DNA of 64,000 nucleotides from Macrostomum hystrix (GCA_950097015.1 CATNEN010000025.1:3720001-3784000); one strand, 5' to 3'. Shown: positions 25,752-39,700, numbered from the stretch's first letter. The notes: generated by a model from the letters alone, not told the origin. Numbers and translations: made by a program.

Positions 25752-28003
25752 ATGTCTGCAGCAATGGCTAGCCAGCAACAGCAGCAGCGGTGCCCGCCCT
25801 CCCTGGCTTTGAGCTGCCCTCTGTGCTCATTTGTCACAGTGGATCTGCATCGATTGCGCAAGCATGCCATGGCCGATCATCTGCGCAACGGAGGCGGAGG
25901 CCGCTTTCGCTACAAGCTGTACACGTGCTCGGAGTGCGCCGCGTGCAGCACGGATGTGGACATTGTGCAGGATCACGCTACCGTGGCTCATCGCCAGCTG
26001 AGGCCGCTGCTGCTATTTAACGAAGTGTGCCTAACCCTGCCTTCTTCATTGTCAGCTGGAAATTATAACAAGAACAATGGCCTCTTGAACCACGGCGAGA
26101 ATGTCAACGGCGATAGCGATGACGGCGACAGCAGCGCCGACAATGCCAATTGGCTGGTGTGCAAGGCTGGCCAGGCCAAGTACACCTGCACCGTCTGTCA
26201 CTGCAGCTTCCCCTGCCAGGTCGAGGCGGCCTTTCACGCCGCCGTCCGGCACCAGATCTCCGCCAAGGTGGAGTCGGATCTCACCACGCTTGGCCGCCTG
26301 TCCGAGCCAGTGCGAGTCGAACTGCGCCACCGGATTCGACTAGACGCGGCCGTTGCCGACCATTGCGTTGACGGCGACGGCGATGCGGGCGTTGGTCGCC
26401 AACTGAAAGCTGCTGGGGCCATGGAGACGGCTCTATTAGCTAGCGTAGAACTGCATCTAAGGCTGCAGTGCAGCACTGGTGGGTTGAGAATAAACTATGA
26501 AACACATTTATTATAGGAAATTTTACGATTTTTCTGAACCAGAAATCTACTGGTTTCTTAGAAATGTGTGTTTTTTTATTAAATCAGTTGCGTCATCAGA
26601 AGAAAGTGTTGTCTTCAAAGTCTGTCAGTTTCTTAGAAATTTACAGGTTTTTATAGAAATCCAGCTGGTTTCTTAGAAATATGTTTGTCTTTAGAAATCA
26701 CGTTGGCTCTTAGAAATATTTTGTAGAAGTCTGTAGATTTCTTAGCCACATTCGTATAGGGCATAGTTAGTGTAAACTGCCTGAAGATGAGATGCTTTGA
26801 CTTATAATTTTATAATTTCGATTAAAAAACTCACTAGGCGAGCTGATCTGCTCGGATTGTGATCAACGGTTTAACATCGCCCAGCTGCCAGAAGCCGTCG
26901 GCCACATCAATGACGCTGTGCGCCGACGCCTGCCAGATTTCATGACGACCTCCGGCGCTTCCTGGTCGCTGCATCGTCGCGAAGAATGGGTCTGGGTCGT
27001 ACCGGACTCCCAGGACTCCCTGAATAAAAACAAGGACACCGAGCAACAGCAGCAGCAGCAGCGGGCAACGCCGCCGCCACCGCCGACGCCGCCTACCCCT
27101 CTAGACGCCGACGCCGCTAGCAACGACGCGTCTTCGTCCTCGGCCGCTGCCGCGGCATCTGCAGCTCCAGCCACCGCGGCGACAGTTGGCGCGTCTCGCC
27201 GTAAGAAGCTGCCTGTGCGCTATGTGCCACCCGGTGGTAGACACCTTCAGCAGACAGCTGCCAGTGCTGCTAATTCCGGCTCTTCAGCAGCCGCTGCCGA
27301 TGCCAACGACGCCGATGCCGTCGCAGTCGGCGCGCAGGAGTCGTCGCTGGCCTCAGCAAGGCACGAGGCGGCGCTGCGCTCTGGCGGCTGGCAGGTTGTG
27401 GCCATAGACGACGATCTGTTCGCCTGCTCGCACTGCCCGGAGCTCATGGCCGCCAGGCCGCAGGAGATTCGGCTGCACATTGTCGCCGAGCACCTCGGCG
27501 TGCCCAGCCTCTCCTGCGCGCACTGCGCCCTCTCCGCCGGCTGCCAGCCGGAGCCGATTCTCACCCACTGCCGCACCGCCCATCCAGACCAGACGCCACA
27601 GTTTGTCGCTAACAGCCTCCACCGGTCACTATGCCGACTGGTGCCTTCGCCTAACGACCCCCCCGCCGCTACCAACAGCGCCACTGCAGCCGCAGGTGTC
27701 GTCAGAAATGACGACAACGGAGCTGATGATGAAGACGATGAAGAGGATGGCGACATCGCGGCAGCCGCTGTACTGGGCGAGGTAGACGACGATATGGACC
27801 GGGAAGATGATGACGGCGAAGATGAAGAGGACGCCAGTCAGGATGGCGGCGCCTCACGGCCTCGTCCAGTTGACGCCGACGACGATAACGACAACGACGA
27901 AGATGACGACGAAGATGAGGAGACTGCGGCCGCCGTGGCAGCGTTAGAAGGCGCCGCTGGGCTAGTGATGGACGGCGAAGATGACGACGAGGGCGATGTT
28001 TGA
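25752..28003 (+). CDS. C2H2-type zinc-finger protein with D/E-rich C-terminal tail; exons 25752..26478 and 26838..28003 (631 codons)
   Basis: About six CxxC...HxxxxH or CxxC...H motifs (e.g. CPLC...HAMADH, CSEC...HATVAH, CTVC...HAAVRH, CSHC...HIVAEH, CAHC...HCRTAH). Phase-1 intron G|GTGGGT ... CACTAG|GC joins the two ORFs. Confidence 0.8.
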
Positions 28004-28351
28004 TCTGCGGGTTTGTCAGTTCTGTTTCTCCTAATTGTCTGTTTCTAGGTTTCGTATCTAGGATGCGATAGATACTAGATCTGCCTTTGTTCCGGTTGCG
28101 ACTGCAATTTTCATTCCCATGCGTTTGTTGTTCAATTTTAATTAGTTGGATCTCTGTTTTCATTTGATTTGCTAATTTGACTTACAGTATGTTTGGTTAT
28201 TGCGGTCTGCATGCAGTCATTTAAAATAGTAGTTTTAATTTTCAATTCATTAATTCGAGTTGTAAGTAGATTTTGTACCCTCTGCCAAAATGCCGGGTTT
28301 TGCACCTGTTAATTCGGGTTTGAAAGTTAGTTTGTCGTTAAATGATCCCCA

Positions 28352-30301
28352 TTCAGGAGTGAGAATTCAGATTCCCCAATTCAGGAGTGAGAATTCAGAT
28401 TCCCCAATTCAGGAGTGAGAATTCAGATTCCCCAATTCAGGAGTGAGAATTCAGATTCCCCAATTCAGGAGTGAGAATTCAGATTCCCCAATTCAGGAGT
28501 GAGAATTCAGATTTCCCAATTCAGGAGTAAGAATTCAGATTCCCTAATTCAGAAGTGAGAATTCAGATTCCGCAATTCAGGAGTGAGAATTCAGATTCCC
28601 CAATTCAGGAGTGAGAATTCAGATTCCCCAATTCAGGAGTGAGAATTCAGATTCCCTAATTCAGGAGTGAGAATTCAGATTCCCCAATTTAGGAGTGAGA
28701 ATTCAGATTCCCTAATTCACGAGTGAGAATTCAGATTCCCCAATTCAGGAGTGAGAATTCAGATTTCCCAATTCAGGAGTGAGAATTCAGATTCCCCAAT
28801 TCAGGAGTGAGAATTCAGATTCCCCAATTCAGGAGTGAGAATTCAGATTCCCCAATTCAGGAGTGAGAATTCAGATTCCCCAATTCAGAAGTGAGAATTC
28901 AGATTCCCCAATTCAGGAGTGAGAATTCAGATTTCCCAATTCAGGAGTGAGAATTCAGATTCCCTAATTCAGAAGTGAGAATTCAGATTCCGCAATTCAG
29001 GAGTGAGAATTCAGATTCCCCAATTCAGGAGTGAGAATTCAGATTCCCCAATTCAGGAGTGAGAATTCAGATTCCCTAATTCAGGAGTGAGAATTCAGAT
29101 TCCCCAATTTAGGAGTAAGAGTTCAGATTCCCCACTTCACGAGTGAGAATTCAGATTCCCCACTTCAGGAGTGAGAATTCAGATTTCCCAATTCAGGAGT
29201 GAGAATTCAGATTCCCCAATTCAGGAGTGAGAATTCAGATTCCCCAATTCAGGAGTGAGAATTCAGATTCCCCAATTCAGAAGTGAGAATTCAGATTCCC
29301 CAATTCAGGAGTGAGAATTCAGATTTCCCAATTCAGGAGTAAGAATTCAGATTCCCTAATTCAGAAGTGAGAATTCAGATTCCGCAATTCAGGAGTGAGA
29401 ATTCAGATTCCCCAATTCAGGAGTGAGAATTCAGATTCCCCAATTCAGGAGTGAGAATTCAGATTCCCTAATTCAGGAGTGAGAATTCAGATTCCCCAAT
29501 TTAGGAGTAAGAGTTCAGATTCCCCACTTCACGAGTGAGAATTCAGATTCCCCACTTCAGGAGTGAGAATTCAGATTTCCCAATTCAGGAGTGAGAATTC
29601 AGATTCCCCAACTCAGGAGTGAGAATTCAGATTTCCCAATTCAGGAGTAAGAATTCAGATTCCCCAATTCAGGAGTGAGAATTCAGATTCTCCACTTCAG
29701 GAGTGAGAATTCAGATTCCCCAATTCAGGAGTGAGAATTCAGATTCCCCAATTCAGGAGTGAGAATTCAGATTCCCCACTTCAGGAGTGAGAATTCAGAT
29801 TCCCCACTTCAGGAGTGAGAATTCAGATTTCCCAATTCAGGAGTGAGAATTCAGATTTCTCAATTCAGGAGTAAGAATTCAGATTCCCCAATTCAGGAGT
29901 GAGAATTCAGATTCTCCACTTCAGGAGTGAGAATTCAGACTTCCCAATTCAGGAGTGAGAATTCAGATTCCCCAATTCAGGAGTGAGAATTCAGATTCCC
30001 CAATTCAGGAGTAAGAATTCAGATTCCCCAATTTAGGAGTAAGAGTTCAGATTCCCCACTTCAGGAGTGAGAATTCAGATTCCCCAATTCAGGAGTGAGA
30101 ATTCAGATTTCCCAATTCAGGAGTAAGAATTCAGATTCCCCAATTCAGGAGTAAGAATTCAGATTCTCCACTTCAGGAGTGAGAATTCAGATTCCCCAAT
30201 TCAGGAGTGAGAATTCAGATTCCCCAATTCAGGAGTAAGAATTCAGATTCCCCAATTCAGGAGTGAGAATTCAGATTCCCCAATTCAGGAGTGAGAATTC
30301 A
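28352..30301. repeat. 28-bp satellite (AATTCAGGAGTGAGAATTCAGATTCCCC), ~70 copies
   Basis: Period of 28 checked from coordinates; variant blocks recur at 420 and 392 bp. Confidence 0.97.
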
Positions 30302-30774
30302 GGCCTGCTAATACCGTATTCGCATTATTTCTCAATATTATTTCTTATCGTGCATGCTTCAGTTGTTACTTTTTAGTTTCTTAGTGAGGCCTTTTGATTC
30401 GTTTAATTGATAGGATTTGCGCAAGTAAATGCATTCACAATAATTAAATTACCTGTTTTTACTTAAGTAATAATACAGCTAAACTTCTTTCCCCTTATAA
30501 TACTTTATTTATTAGCAATTATATTGTTGCATCGGTCCTAGTAGCCGCGGTGGGCTAAATAATAGTTTCTTACTCAAATGCCGCACCTTATCTGCATGCT
30601 CTCCTGATAGTTTTGTGAACATAGAATTGTAATACAATACAAAACACCGTTTACCTTCCAATCCGAGCTAACTTATATAGCGTTCTTTAGTCTGAAATGA
30701 CTGTTAAACTTCAAGTACTTAATCTATAATTTTCTTTAAAATTATGAACTTACTACGCTAGTCAACTAAGGAGA

Positions 30775-31335
30775 ACCCTAGTCAAATATAATCAGCTAAA
30801 AGGACCATAGACAACTGAGAGAACCCTAGTCAACTATAATCAGCTAGGAGGACCATAGACAACTGAGAGAACCCTAGTCAACTATAATCAGCTAAGAGGA
30901 CCATAGACAACTGAGAGAACCCTAGTCAACTATAATCAGCTAGGAGGACCATAGACAACTGAGAGAACCCTAGTCAACTATAATCAGCTAAAAGGACCAT
31001 AGACAACTGAGAGAACCCTAGTCAAATATAATCAGCTAAAAGGACCATAGACAACTGAGAGAACCCTAGTCAACTATAATCAGCTAAAAGGACCATAGAC
31101 AACTGAGAGAACCCTAGTCAACTATAATCAGCTAAAAGGACCATAGACAACTGAGAGAACCCTAGTCAACTATAATCAGCTAGGAGGACCATAGACAACT
31201 GAGAGAACCCTAGTCAACTATAATCAGCTAAAAGGACCATAGACAACTGAGAGAACCCTAGTCAACTATAATCAGCTAAAAGGACCATAGACAACTGAGA
31301 GAACCCTAGTCAGCTGGAGAGAACCCTAGTCAAGT
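30775..31335. repeat. 48-bp minisatellite (CCCTAGTCAACTATAATCAGCTAAAAGGACCATAGACAACTGAGAGAA), ~11 copies
   Basis: Direct tandem units upstream of MFSD13A. Confidence 0.95.
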
Positions 31336-31472
31336 TTTGAGAGCTATACTCTAATTAGAGGTCCATGGACAACTGTGGCGAGCACGAGTCAATGCATGAC
31401 GAACACACGTGACCGTCAAACCGTTAACATTTTCAGCGCAAATAAGCTTCGCTCAGGCAGTTGTATCAAGCA

Positions 31473-34276
31473 ATGCGCCCCATCCGGAAGTTTCTGGATC
31501 CCAGTTCGGTCGCCTTCGCCAGCATAACAGTCGGCTTGAACCTGGTCAATGCACCGTTTAATTTTTTCTATGTTAAAGTATTTCTAGAAGTCTACGGCGT
31601 TCGCGAGTCGCACTTTCAGATTGCCCAGGTACTGTTCCTGGTGTGGAACACCGCCAATGATCCACTGTTTGCCTATTTCCTGGACAGGCGATTTCCCGGA
31701 CTGTGCTGTCACACGAGGCGAGCCTCCGTAATGGCCGGCGCGCCGCTGCTAGGCTTGGCTTTCGCCATCACTTGGCTGCCCTGGGGCCCGCCGAATTCTG
31801 GCGTGGTTGGCGCCCACCTCATTGCGTCCCTGAGTCTTTACGACTCACTATTCACCTTTGTAGCGCTGGCGCAGTGCGCTATCTTTGCCGAGATGTCCAC
31901 CTCCTATGATAGGCGTTTGGATACCAAAAAATATCAGGTACGATGAGTGGGGATAGACTGGTTGTGGGGTGGTGAGCGTGGCAGAGAGTGGCTGCACTTA
32001 GAGTGGCATGGGGTGGCTACACTAGTGAGCGGGACAGAGAGTGGCATGGGGTGGCTGCACTAGTGAGCGGGACAGAGAGTGGCATGGGGTGGCTGCACTA
32101 GTGAGCGGGACAGAGAGTGGCATGGGGTGGCTACACTAGTGAGCGGGACAGAGAGTGGCATGGGGTGGCTGCACTAGTGAGCGGGACAGAGAGTGGCATG
32201 GGGTGGCTGCACTAGTGAGCGGGACAGAGAGTGGCATGGGGTGGCTGCACTAGTGAGCGGGACAGAGAGTGGCATGGGGTGGCTGCACTAGTGAGCGGGA
32301 CAGAGAGTGGCATGGGGTGGCTGCACTAGTGAGCCGGACAGAGAGTGGCATGGGGTGGCTGCACTAGTGAGCGGGACAGAGAGTGGCATGGGGTGGCGGC
32401 TGCACTAGTGAGCGGGGGGCAGAAGGTAGTTTTTAGTGTGGCGGGGCCGGATAGAATCTGTCTGGTTTAACTTATGCTTGACATTCTGTCTTCAACCAAT
32501 TGAAACCAGGTTGTTGGCGGTCTCCTGGTGTCCTGGTCGGTGGCATTATTGAACCTGGTGTCCCGAAATCTTTCCGACTTTCGCAGCTTTCAGCTGGGCT
32601 GCCTAGCGCTGGCGGGATTGGCTACCGTGTTTGTCTATTTGGGCGGCCGGCACTCTTCGTCAATGTACGACAAGTACCAGGCGGAGCTGCTGCCTGAAGA
32701 GATAATCGAATCTGACCTACTGAATTCCTCTGAGGCTGCCGCTGATTTCGGCCTCACAGATCAGCTCCGCCAGATTATTTTGCAGCGCGACTTTTTAGCC
32801 TTCGTTTCAACTAATTTTCTGCAGATCTTCGAGTCAGCAATGTGGGCCAATTTCTTATCCATCTTCATGGAGCCTCTGGGACCGCCCAGTCCGCTGACAA
32901 GGAGCGCTGCCTACCTTCTAGTGTCTGTGATGCCACCTGTGAGTGCAGCATGATTTCCAACCTCTATTATGCTCTGGTCTCTGTCTCCATTACTAAATTA
33001 TCTAAGGTTTCATCCTAAATGCTGAGGGTTCTGTCCTAAATGCTGGGGGTTCTGTCCTAAGCGCTGGGGGTTCTGTCCTAAATTCTGAGGGTTCTGTCCT
33101 AAAAGCTGAGGGTTCTGTCCTAAACGCTGAGGGTTCTGTCTTAAATGCTGAGGGTTCTGTCCTAAATACTGAGGGTTCTGTCCTAAATGCTGAGGGTTCT
33201 GTCCTAAAAGCTGAGGGTTCTGTCCTAAATGCTGGGGGTTCTGTCCTAAATGCTGAGGGTTCTGTCCTAAATGCTGAGGGTTCTGTCCTTAATGCTGGGG
33301 GGTTCTGTCCTAAGCGCTGAGGGTTCTGTCCTAAATACTGAGGGTTCTGTCCTAAATGCTGAGGGTTCTGTCCTTAATGCTGGGGGTTCTGTCCTAAATG
33401 CTGAGGGTTCTGTCCTTAATGCTGGGGGTTCTGTCCTAAATGCTGGGGGTTCTGTCCTAAATGCTGGGGGTTCTGTCCTAAATGCTGGGGGTTCTGTCCT
33501 AAATGCTGGGGTTTCTGTCCTAAATGCTGGGGGTTCTGTCCTAAACGCTGAGGGTTCTGTCTTAAATGCTGAGGGTTCTGTCCTGAATACTGAGGGCCAT
33601 GTCCTAGTTCAGAATGTTAATTACTTTTATGTTCTAGCTTTCGCTGCGAAAGTTTTTTATTTATTTTAGTTTAGTCGCTGAACCTAATCCTTGTTAGTCT
33701 AGGATTTTTGTCTTTGTCAGACATTCATCTTTCTTGTTTGCCCCCCAGCTGGTCATTCTGTGCGGAATGCCACTGATTCGGCGCTTCGGGCACCACCGCG
33801 CAGTGCTGGCCAGCCTGCTATTCAAGGTGCTGGCCGGGCCTCTGGTCCACCTCACCGGTGCAGCTGCCGCTTCGCCGGGCCTGTTCGCAGCCTACGCTGT
33901 GGCCAGCAGCGGGTTTAACGTGGCCGCATTCAATCTGTTCGATCTGCCCCTGAGCGAACTTGTCGATCGGGATCGCATCACCTATTCTCGACGACTGCCT
34001 TTGTCATCAACAGTATTCGGTCTGAATGCGCTTGTTACTAAGCCAGCTATAAGTCTGGCCCCGCTAGCTGTGGTGGCGCTGCTCAATTTGCGCGGCTATC
34101 AGACTTATCGATCGGCGGCTGTAGCCAGTTACGAGTCGCCTTCCTCCGGCGAGGCTACTTGTCCGGCTCCTCTGGCCGAGCTGATGTTAATTGTAGCCTG
34201 CTATCTGCCTGCCACAATTGGCTGCCTGCAGTTGGTGTGCTGGAGTTTCTATCGGATTAGAACCAGATCGATTTAG
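31473..34276 (+). CDS. MFSD13A: MFS-type membrane protein, TMEM180/MFSD13A family; exons 31473..31937, 32510..32938, 33749..34276
   Basis: Motifs YVKVFLEVY...FQIAQVLFLVWNTANDPLFAY and SSTVFGLNALVTKPAISLAP, with many hydrophobic helices. Phase-0 introns CAG|GTAC..CCAG|GTT and CCT|GTGAG..CCCAG|CTG. Confidence 0.82.
31975..32415. repeat. 38-bp intronic minisatellite (GAGTGGCATGGGGTGGCTGCACTAGTGAGCGGGACAGA)
   Basis: About 11 units filling MFSD13A intron 1. Confidence 0.95.
33005..33605. repeat. 21-bp intronic minisatellite (GCTGAGGGTTCTGTCCTAAAT)
   Basis: About 28 units in MFSD13A intron 2; gives the AEGSVLN pseudo-ORF. Confidence 0.95.
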
Positions 34277-34439
34277 CTGACGCTTTCGCATTCGTAAATC
34301 TTTGTTTTACAGTTTTCATTGACACAATCGTCCCCTCAGTGGTTGATGCTTGAGAAGCCGCATTTATGGCTGTGCCTTCCTCTGCGGATGATAGCTTATG
34401 TGTGTTATTATTTGACTCGGCAGAGTTAAGGTGGGGTTG

Positions 34440-34680
34440 GTCTCTAGTTCGCGGGGCAGAAATCGGAGTGAGGTGGGTGCGCTTTTCTCTGGCAGGGCAG
34501 AGAGTCGAAGTGTGGTTCGCGCGCTGTTCAACGGAGAAGAAAGTGGAGTGAGGTGGGTGCGCGTTTCTCTGGCAGGCCAGAAAGCGGAGGTGGGATTGGC
34601 GCGTTGTTTAACAGTGAAGAAAGTGGAGTGAGGTGGGTGCGCGTTTCTCTGGCAGGGCAGAGAATGGAGGTGGGGTTGAG
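34440..34680. repeat. ~80-bp G-rich degenerate triplication
   Basis: GGAGTGAGGTGGGTGCGCGTTTCTCTGGCAGG occurs three times at about 80-bp spacing. Confidence 0.75.
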
Positions 34681-35643
34681 TTTTCCTCCCAGTGGTTCAC
34701 TGAAACATGGTATGCGCTTTATTTGCTTATGTCCATGACGTTCTTCTGACGCTGACAGTTAGCCTTATCTTTTATCTGTGCCAATGTACGATCTTCGCTT
34801 ATTGTTTTAGCTTACTCGTTTAACCCGTTTTCAGCTTTTCTGCTTATTAAACGTAGAAATTGTATTTATGCTTCGTTCGCGTATCGGATTTTCTGGTCAG
34901 ATTGCGTTTTGCGCAGTCATTTTTCCGGCCTTACATTAATCATCTCTTGATTCTCGCTTTTTACTCTTATATTTAAGCTTATACTCGTACTTAATTTGTA
35001 GGCCTAACGCAAAATAATTTCCATTTTTAATTTTTTGCATTATATATTTGCGAATGCGCATCTTATATCAACCGTAGTTTATACATATTATTTTAATTTA
35101 CTTGTGAATCCAATGATCACACATGCAATCACATTTCTTTATTATGTTTTTACTCTAACAAATCAATTAAAAAATAGTTTCAAAAGTTTTGTTATCGTTA
35201 TTTTTACAAATGAAAGTCAGATAGTTTCACGAGATTTTTTCGTCTAAACCAGCCAAGTTTTTTGTTTTGTTGCGTTGTAACTATTTTTAGACACTCCTCA
35301 TGGGAAACCCTATTTTCACCCTCAGCCCAATCACGTGACTCACTCATCTCAGCCAGCCAATCAGATTTCTACGATCGAAAAGAAGAGTCTGCGAAGCTCT
35401 TAAAAAAGATTTTTTTGGAAACATAATTTGTTTATTTAAAACCAAGTAGGCTCAAGCTACTAGTAGTAGAGAGAAGGCGTTTAGAAGTGACAGCAAGTGT
35501 GCCTAGCATGGCAACTGCTTTGGTGCGGTAAAGGCAGTTATTTATAATCATAATCATAAGTGATATCATGCACTGTGAGTTTCTCTTGTCAGGCGCACGC
35601 AACTCAAAGAGGCCTTGCCACTTTAGAGCAGCCACATTTCAAG

Positions 35644-36294
35644 CTAAGCAGATTTCGCAGGGCTGGCCGACTGGCTTTCTTTAATCTTGCCGCACTGACC
35701 GCTGACAATGCTGCACTTTGATCTTGCCGCTGTTGATTCGGCGACCTGGAATTTATGCGGTGTATTTGTTTAATTATAAGCGGCTTAGAATATATGCACT
35801 TTCGCTACTATTAGTAGGATTGGCTTGAGCCTGCTTTGCTAACCCGAGCTCACCCTGAGCATGATGATTCTATCTGCAAGCGAGTAGACTTCCGCCCTTT
35901 GTCGTTGCTCTGGCATCGGGCAACGTCGCCTGTCGTTGCCATCGTCGCCAGACGAGTCGCCGTCGCGCCGCATCGCCGCGATGCCTCTTTTCGCCGTCAC
36001 CATGGCGTGCATCTGGCGCATGAATTCCGGCCGGAAGTACTTTGCGTCCACAGCAGCTGCGGCGGGGTCCACAAGCAGCGAGCCGCGCGGGCGCCCGGCC
36101 GCATTCGGGACCGCTGCTGGTATAACTTTGGTCGAGGTCGCAGGTTCGAATTCCACATAGCGGCATGGCGGCGGGAGCTGCGGCGGCGCAGCTTTTGCAG
36201 GCGTTGACCTTCGTTTCGATTGGTCACGACGGCCTGGCAGTTGCTGCTGCTGCTGCTGCTGCTTAGAGTGAGTTGCAGCACGGTAGAATGGCAT
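35644..36294 (-). CDS. Hypothetical protein; exons 36294..35854 and 35745..35644
   Basis: GC-rich frame MPFYRAATHSK-polyQ...DAKYFRPEFMRQMHAMV... ends at donor AGG|GTGAGC. The acceptor TTCCAG|GTC gives an in-frame 33-aa last exon and TAG. No homology recognised. Confidence 0.5.
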
Positions 36295-36514
36295 ATCGGA
36301 GAAACGCGAGCTTATTCCAACCTCTCGCGACCTGCATGCAGATTTTGTGTCACACTGATAGGGCGAGTGGCAAACACAAGTGTGATCGGCTGTAAACAGC
36401 CCGGAGTGTGCTCTCTGCCCTTCTCTCCCCTCTTCTCCCCTGGTCCGCGGCCAGCCAGTGAGCACACAGCTCAGAGCTCTGAGCTCCTTCAACTAAGCCT
36501 AGGTTAGATCCATC

Positions 36515-36676
36515 ATGCCTATGTGGACAGGCAAACACTCGCAAAAACTCTTTGAGCCCAACGATGACCTGCACCGAGTCATTGCCAACGGCCCTAATGC
36601 CATGCGTGGGCTGCTCTGCACACAAGCCGGGCCTGCGAAAACTGTGCATACCTGCACCGGATCGACTAAGCATTGA
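36515..36676 (+). CDS. Possible small ORF or exon (53 aa, MPMWTGKHSQKLFEPNDDLHRVIANGPNAMRGLLCTQAGPAKTVHTCTGSTKH)
   Basis: Open frame in a GC-richer patch just after an AG acceptor-like site. It is below the ORF-track threshold and has no homology support. Confidence 0.2.
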   Translation: MPMWTGKHSQKLFEPNDDLHRVIANGPNAMRGLLCTQAGPAKTVHTCTGSTKH

Positions 36677-36784
36677 TGATGATTGAGCACTCCGGTGCCG
36701 CTATGGATCAACACATATATTATATTGTTTAATTAGTTACACCCGAGCCTCACTGCCAAACCTGATGGGGATCAATAAACACTG

Positions 36785-39700
36785 CTCCATGCATCTGATC
36801 CAGGATACATTATTCCATGCATCTGATCCAGGATACATTATTCCATGCATGTGATCTAGGATACATTATTCCATGCATGTGATCTAGGATACATTATTCC
36901 ATGCATGTGATCTAGGATACATTATTCCATGCATGTGATCTAGGATACATTATTACATGCATGTGATCTAGGATACATTATTCCATGCCTGTGAACTAGG
37001 ATACATTATTCCATGCATGTGATCTAGGATACATTATTCCATGCATCTGATCCAGGATACATTATTCCATGCATGTGATCCAGGATACATTATTCCATGC
37101 ATCTGATCCAGGATACATTATTCCATGCATGTGATCCAGGATACATTATTCCATGCATGTGATCTAGGATACATTATTCCATGCATCTGATCCAGGATAC
37201 ATTATTCCATGCATGTGATATAGGATACATTATTCCATGCATGTGATCTAGGATACATTATTCCATGCATCTGATCCAGGATACATTTATTATTCCATGC
37301 ATGTGATCTAGGATACATTATTCCATGCATCTGATCCAGGATACATTATTCCATGCATGTGATCTAGGATACATTATTCCATGCATCTGATCCAGGATAC
37401 ATTATTCCATGCATCTGATCCAGGATACATTATTCCATGCATCTGATCCAGGATACATTATTCCATGCATCTGATCCAGGATACATTATTCCATGCATCT
37501 GATCCAGGATACATTATTCCATGCATGTGATCCAGGATACATTATTCCATGCATGTGATCTAGGATACATTATTCCATGCATCTGATCCAGGATACATTA
37601 TTCCATGCATGTGATCTAGGATACATTATTCCATGCATGTGATCTAGGATACATTATTCCATGCATGTGATCTAGGATACATTATTCCATGCATGTGATC
37701 TAGGATACATTATTCCATGCATGTGATCTAGGATACATTATTCCATGCATGTGATCTAGGATACATTTTTCTATGCATGTGATCTAGGATACATTATTCC
37801 ATGCATGTGATCTAGGATACGTTATTCCATGCATGTGATCTAGGATACATTATTCCATGCATGTGAACTAGGATACATTATTCCATGCATGTGATCTAGG
37901 ATACATTATTCCATGCATGTGATCCAGGATACATTATTCCATGCATGTGATCTAGGATACATTATTCCATGCATGTGATCTAGGATACATTATTCCATGC
38001 ATGTGATCTAGGATACGTTATTCCATGCATGTGATCTAGGATACATTATTCCATGCCTGTGATCTAGGATACATTATTCCATGCATGTGATCTAGGATAC
38101 ATTATTCCATGCATGTGATATCTAGGATACATTATTCCAGGGATGTGATCCTGGATACATTATTCCATGCATGTGATCTAGGATACATTATTCCATGCAT
38201 GTGATCTAGGATACATTATTCCATGCATGTGATCCAGGATACATTATTCCATGCATCTGATCCAGGATACATTATTCCATGCATGTGATCTAGGATACAT
38301 TATTCCATGCCTGTGATCTAGGATACATTATTCCATGCATGTGATCTAGGATACATTATTCCATGCATGTGATCTAGGATACATTATTCCATGCCTGTGA
38401 TCTAGGATACAATATTCCATGCATGTGATCTAGGATACATTATTCCATGCATGTGAACTAGGATACATTATTCCATGCATGTGATCTAGGATACATTATT
38501 CCATGCATGTGAACTAGGATACATTATTCCATGCATGTGATCCAGGATACATTATTCCATGCATCTGATCCAGGATACATTATTCCATGCATGTGATCTA
38601 GGATACATTATTCCATGCATGTGAACTAGGATACATTATTCCATGCATGTGATCCAGGATACATTATTCCATGCATGTGATCCAGGATACATTATTCCAT
38701 GCACGTGATCTAGGATACATTATTCCATGCATCTGATCCAGGATACATTATTCCATGCATGTGATCTAGGATACATTATTCCATGCATGTGAACTAGGAT
38801 ACATTATTCCATGCATGTGATCCAGGATACATTATTCCATGCATGTGATCCAGGATACATTATTCCATGCACGTGATCTAGGATACATTATTCCATGCAT
38901 CTGATCCAGGATACATTATTCCATGCATGTGATCTAGGATACATTATTCCATGCATGTGATCCAGGATACATTATTCCATGCACGTGATCTAGGATACAT
39001 TATTCCATGCATCTGATCCAGGATACATTATTCCATGCATGTGATCTAGGATACATTATTCCATGCATGTGATCTAGGATACATTATTCCATGCATGTGA
39101 TCTAGGATACATTATTCCATGCATGTGATCTAGGATACATTATTCCATGCATGTGATCTAGGATACATTATTCCATGCATGTGATCTAGGATACATTATT
39201 CCATGCATGTGATCTAGGATACATTATTCCATGCATGTGATCTAGGATACATTATTCCATGCATGTGATCTAGGATACATTATTCCATGCATGTGATCCA
39301 GGATACATTATTCCATGCATGTGATCTAGGATACATTATTCCATGCATGTGATCCAGGATACATTATTCCATGCATGTGATCTAGGATACATTATTCCAT
39401 GCCTGTGATCTAGGATACATTATTCCATGCATGTGATCTAGGATACATTATTCCATGCATGTGATCTAGGATACATTATTCCATGCATGTGATCTAGGAT
39501 ACATTATTCCATGCATGTGATCTAGGATACATTATTCCATGCATGTGATCTAGGATACATTATTCCATGCATGTGATCTAGGATACATTATTCCATGCAT
39601 GTGATCTAGGATACATTATTCCATGCATGTGATCTAGGATACATTATTCCATGCCTGTGATCTAGGATACATTATTCCATGCATGTGATCTAGGATGCAT

